From Eledone cirrhosa (lineage: Eukaryota), in assembly GCA_964016885.1 (NCBI GenBank), contig OZ024750.1, forward strand, positions 20,460,001 to 20,524,000: 64,000 bases of DNA, written 5' to 3'. Position 1 is the stretch's first letter. Each line of letters starts with the position of its first letter. The position numbers were made by a program, and so were the translations under genes. Shown in pieces: positions 60,110-64,000 of this stretch. Below the pieces are notes generated by a model, which was not told the DNA's origin, did no database searches, and saw only the letters and a list, made by a program, of their open reading frames with translations.

Positions 60110-60320
60110 TCCAACAGACCAGTGTCTGTATGGGAGCATCCCAAAAGTCAGCTCAAAAGTGACACAGAGGAGACTGAGGTTAACTGGACATGCTCACCGA
60201 CATCCAGAGTTGACATTGCACTCAGTACTCCTTTGGGAGTCCCTACATGGACACACTAGAAGAGGAAGACCAAGGTTAACGTATGTTGATGCCCTAAGGA
60301 CAGAGACTGGTCTGCTGGAG
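60110..60320 (+). pseudogene. RTE-clade LINE 3' fragment
   Basis: [59 protein letters not shown]. Confidence 0.82.
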
Positions 60321-60342
60321 ATATATATATATACATATATAC

Positions 60343-60426
<84 letters not shown>

Positions 60427-60494
60427 TTTCTGAATTTGTTTAGCAAGATTCTTTATCTGAAATCGTGTGTTGAAACCGATATATATATATATAT

Positions 60495-60529
<35 letters not shown>

Positions 60530-61195
60530 CAGAGAGAGAGAGATATTTGGCGCTTTATCCTTTATCTATGTGTCTGTCTGCCTCTCGGTCGTAACTCGAG
60601 GGCCATGGTTTGTGGTAACCTGTCTTGCTAGATATGACAGCAAAATAAACCTTGGCTTCTACAACAGACACACACACATTGATTTGTACCTCTATGTATA
60701 ACTCATCTATCTATATATCTATCTATGCCAAGTGATTTTTATTTTTTATTTTAGTTCATTTAATAATTTTACAATTGTTGTATTTCTTTCTCCCATTCTT
60801 CTGGCAACTACAATAATCGATTTCAACTTCTTGAATTCATTTCAATATTGTGAACAGTAAGCCAACTATAGAAAGCATTCTCGGAAAGAGAGGGAACTAG
60901 ATTTGTCTAGTATAGAATAAAGAGGTATAATACGTACAATATGTCATGATAATGCAATATTTTTTTACAATAAGTAAATCACGTAGATTAATTAGAACGA
61001 ACAACAAAACTTGCATACCCATACCCGTTTAATGATCAGTGATAGATATATATATATATATATATCACTTTGATCACTTTGACCGACGAGTCTGTCGGGC
61101 GCCGCTCGGTGCCGCTCGGCGCCGCTGGTCACAGCACGTTGGTGTTTTAGCCATACGATGACGCCATCTCACTGGCTAGGCGGGCAGGCCGGATA

Positions 61196-61238
<43 letters not shown>

Positions 61239-61247
61239 AGCTAAATC

Positions 61248-61363
61248 TAGCTGTCGAAACGGCCGAGGTTCTGATTTTCCTATTACCAACTCTACGACCC
61301 TAAGTACCTAAGTATCGAGTACTCTGGTGCGTTATGGTCCACGTGGTTCTTTACCACACTTTG

Positions 61364-61366
<3 letters not shown>
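61248..61366 (+). mobile_element. Family H copy (not folded back)
   Basis: TAGCTGTCGAAACGG..TTTTCCTATTACC..TATCGAGTACTCTGGTGCGTTAT matches the reverse complement of 24797-24850. Confidence 0.7.
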
Positions 61367-61432
<66 letters not shown>

Positions 61433-62929
61433 ACAAATCGATATAGAAGAATACAGACAAATAATGGACTTTGTTCTCTACCTCGATAGTATGAAAGATG
61501 CAATTGAGCTCTCTCTGTAGAGTTTGAACTTTGAGTCATATTAGCCGGAGCATAAGACATTTTATCCAATGCTGTAACGATTTTGCCAACTCATGTCCTG
61601 ATTCGCTTTTATTTTTGTTTATGACAAACATTTACATAAATCTTAGCTTTTTACATGGATTAACATCTATAACAGTCATATAGCTCGAGAAAATTGAAAT
61701 TTTGACAATTGCCAAGCGGATTTCAATGGAGAAAGAACGAACAATGGCGGTAAATAGTATTAAATGTAACCACTATGTCTGTTATTGAGTAGTTTCTGCA
61801 TTTGTCTAAGCATTTGTTAATGCGCTATGATCCAGAATGATATGCTACATAAGCCTCACCTTTGTTTCGGAGCAAAGAAAAGTAAACATTATGTCAAGCT
61901 TGCCTGCAACATATGTATTCAGCCATCTACTCTTATACATTATTCAGTGCCATATAATCTTCAGCTAAGCATTCTTCTAAGTGTCAAATCCTCCAATGAG
62001 TTTTTACGTTTACTTTCCCTCCTATATAATTATTACGTTATATATTTATGCGCATTCGTTTATAATGTTATCATATCAGTTTCCTTTTACTATAATACAA
62101 TACAATGTAATAATTATATTACACCGTGTCAAATGTTTACAGGAACATGGATTTCTGTGCCAGCGGCTTTAGTCGGAGAAGGAAGCTGAAACAAACTAGG
62201 ACATGAACCTTTCAGATTATCTATGTGACAATGACTATCAGACAGCTTCCTGATGAGTTCTATAGAAATGTTTTTACTGTTCAGCTAAGGTGACACTAAC
62301 TAATAAAATAGTGAGAGATGTTGACCGGCGCTGTATTTCTACAGCCTAGCTATGGCGGCACAGACATACAAATGCTGACTGTTGAGGGCCAAATGTGTAC
62401 TTTCTCTATGAAGCTCAGTCTAGTTACGTATTTTCCCTAAACGTTTCAATTAGTTTTACGTGGCAATTTTCAGCTTCATTTTAAGAAAAACAGTGGCCCA
62501 AAGCCCACTTCTAAAATGCCTGTAGGGAACGTCAGTGAGCATGGCACTTCTCAAAAGACATCCGAAAAACAAGATGCATGCCAGCTAGAATTCTAGAAAA
62601 GGACTGAAAAAAAAAATATATATGGATATAGATATTGATATAGATATTGTAGTTCAAACATGGTATAGATATCCAAAGGTTTAGGGCAGATAGTTTGTAT
62701 ATATACACACGGCAAGATATGAATCTCTTTAACCTAGGACTTGCTCTGTGTATTTTGATTGCCATCAAGGTGAGTCTCTCTCGTGTCTGATCAGACGGTG
62801 AGTACACAGATGAAACACCAGAGTAACAGGTCTCATCTTTGGCCATACGAAGGTAAACACATATCACGACAATTTCATGCTGTACTAATTGCCGTAACCC
62901 GCCCTATATATATATATGTATATATACAC

Positions 62930-62994
<65 letters not shown>

Positions 62995-63569
62995 TGTGTG
63001 GGGGCATATACTGTGTTTACTTATTGTGGTAGTGCATAATCATGAGATTGTGTTAGAATTAATGTGCTGTAGCTAACGGATCTGACGCCTTGTCACCTCC
63101 CTGTAGCGAAGAACTTAATTATATGGAGAATATCTTAGTTTTAGAAATTATAGAAATTATTTCAAAGAACAGAACACGTCACCTGTGATTCTCAAATATA
63201 AAGAAGCCATCAAATTCAAGATCCAGTTCAGTATCAATGCGCATTGGTATCCGCAGTTCAATCAATGATAAAAATATTTTAAAGCTAGTGACCTCAACTG
63301 GAAACATTTTAATGGAGAAAAAGCACTTCAATTCATGCCACCTGAAAGAATGTTCCTTGTCACAGATACTGGAGCTGATCAATTGAAAATATCAACGACA
63401 TCTGCATATTTCCAAACTTATCTTTTTCCTTCGTCTTTTTGTCTTTACTTATATTTATATTCCATTTTTTCCCCTCTTTACATATCTCACCTTATAAACC
63501 AATCTTAGGTTTCTTTCTTTCTACAACATCTCTATATTTATATATATTCAAGAATTTTTTTCTAATGAA

Positions 63570-63742
63570 GGCACATGGTTTAGTCATTTGGATAACTGAA
63601 TTACGTCTATGGTTTCGATTCCTAGCGGCGATTTATGCGCTTTATTTGGACATATTTCACGTTGTTCCGTTCCACTCTATATTATGCGATTGATTAGAGT
63701 GTCCTAATCAAGCGCATAATTTGCCGCTAGGAATCGAAACCA
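63570..63742. mobile_element. SINE head with inverted duplicate
   Basis: TGGTTTCGATTCCTAGCGGCGATTTATGCGCTT..GGACA (63610-63652) vs TGTCC..AAGCGCATAATTTGCCGCTAGGAATCGAAACCA (63700-63742). Confidence 0.7.
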
Positions 63743-64000
63743 CAGAGAAAATGAATTATTCTTACTAGTCAAAGAAAGGGGAACATTTTCATACACACTA
63801 TTTCACTGGATATTTCTAAGAACTAACTTCAACATGCTGAAATGTGTAGTCCTTTCCGCTATTTGCTTTTTACATTCGTGAGCAAGACTTTCGTGTTTCG
63901 AACAGTTGGATGACTTCCTATGATAACCGACGGATGTACAATTTACACACGGACACAAATCCGTAGACACTACACGTATAATTTATTTACATATGCTTGG

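Noticed and set aside
62245-62280. CTGATGA...GAAA as a hammerhead
   Set aside because: No pairing stem II or stem I; likely a chance match.
63170-63420. Possible APE endonuclease relic (INAHW..NGEKALQF)
   Set aside because: In-frame stops and only vague motif similarity.

Overview
AT-rich, microsatellite-dense eukaryotic non-genic DNA. The repeat landscape and SINE motifs suggest a cephalopod such as Octopus (inference). I see no convincing host exon, and almost every listed ORF is a (TA)n/(CA)n/(GA)n translation artefact. The only long coding unit is a near-intact R4/Dong-clade non-LTR retrotransposon (RT + CCHC knuckle + restriction-like endonuclease; minus strand, about 46316-50290), broken by one extra base in a homopolymer. 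Also present: relics of Penelope-like (GIY-YIG), RTE and a second R4 element, a non-autonomous Helitron, and tRNA-derived SINEs. The main signal is about a dozen sequence-unrelated short elements sitting in (TA)n tracts. They share one architecture: a fold-back or partial direct repeat, a minimal type I hammerhead ribozyme (CUGANGA-stem II-GAAA-tiny stem III-NUH) often mirrored on both strands, frequently AATAAA just downstream, and a GAG(T/C)(G/A)CTC-like motif about 35-55 nt from the (TA)n junction. These look like a diverse radiation of non-autonomous, ribozyme-carrying Penelope pLTR (retrozyme-like) elements. All folds were read by eye; nothing was computed or searched.
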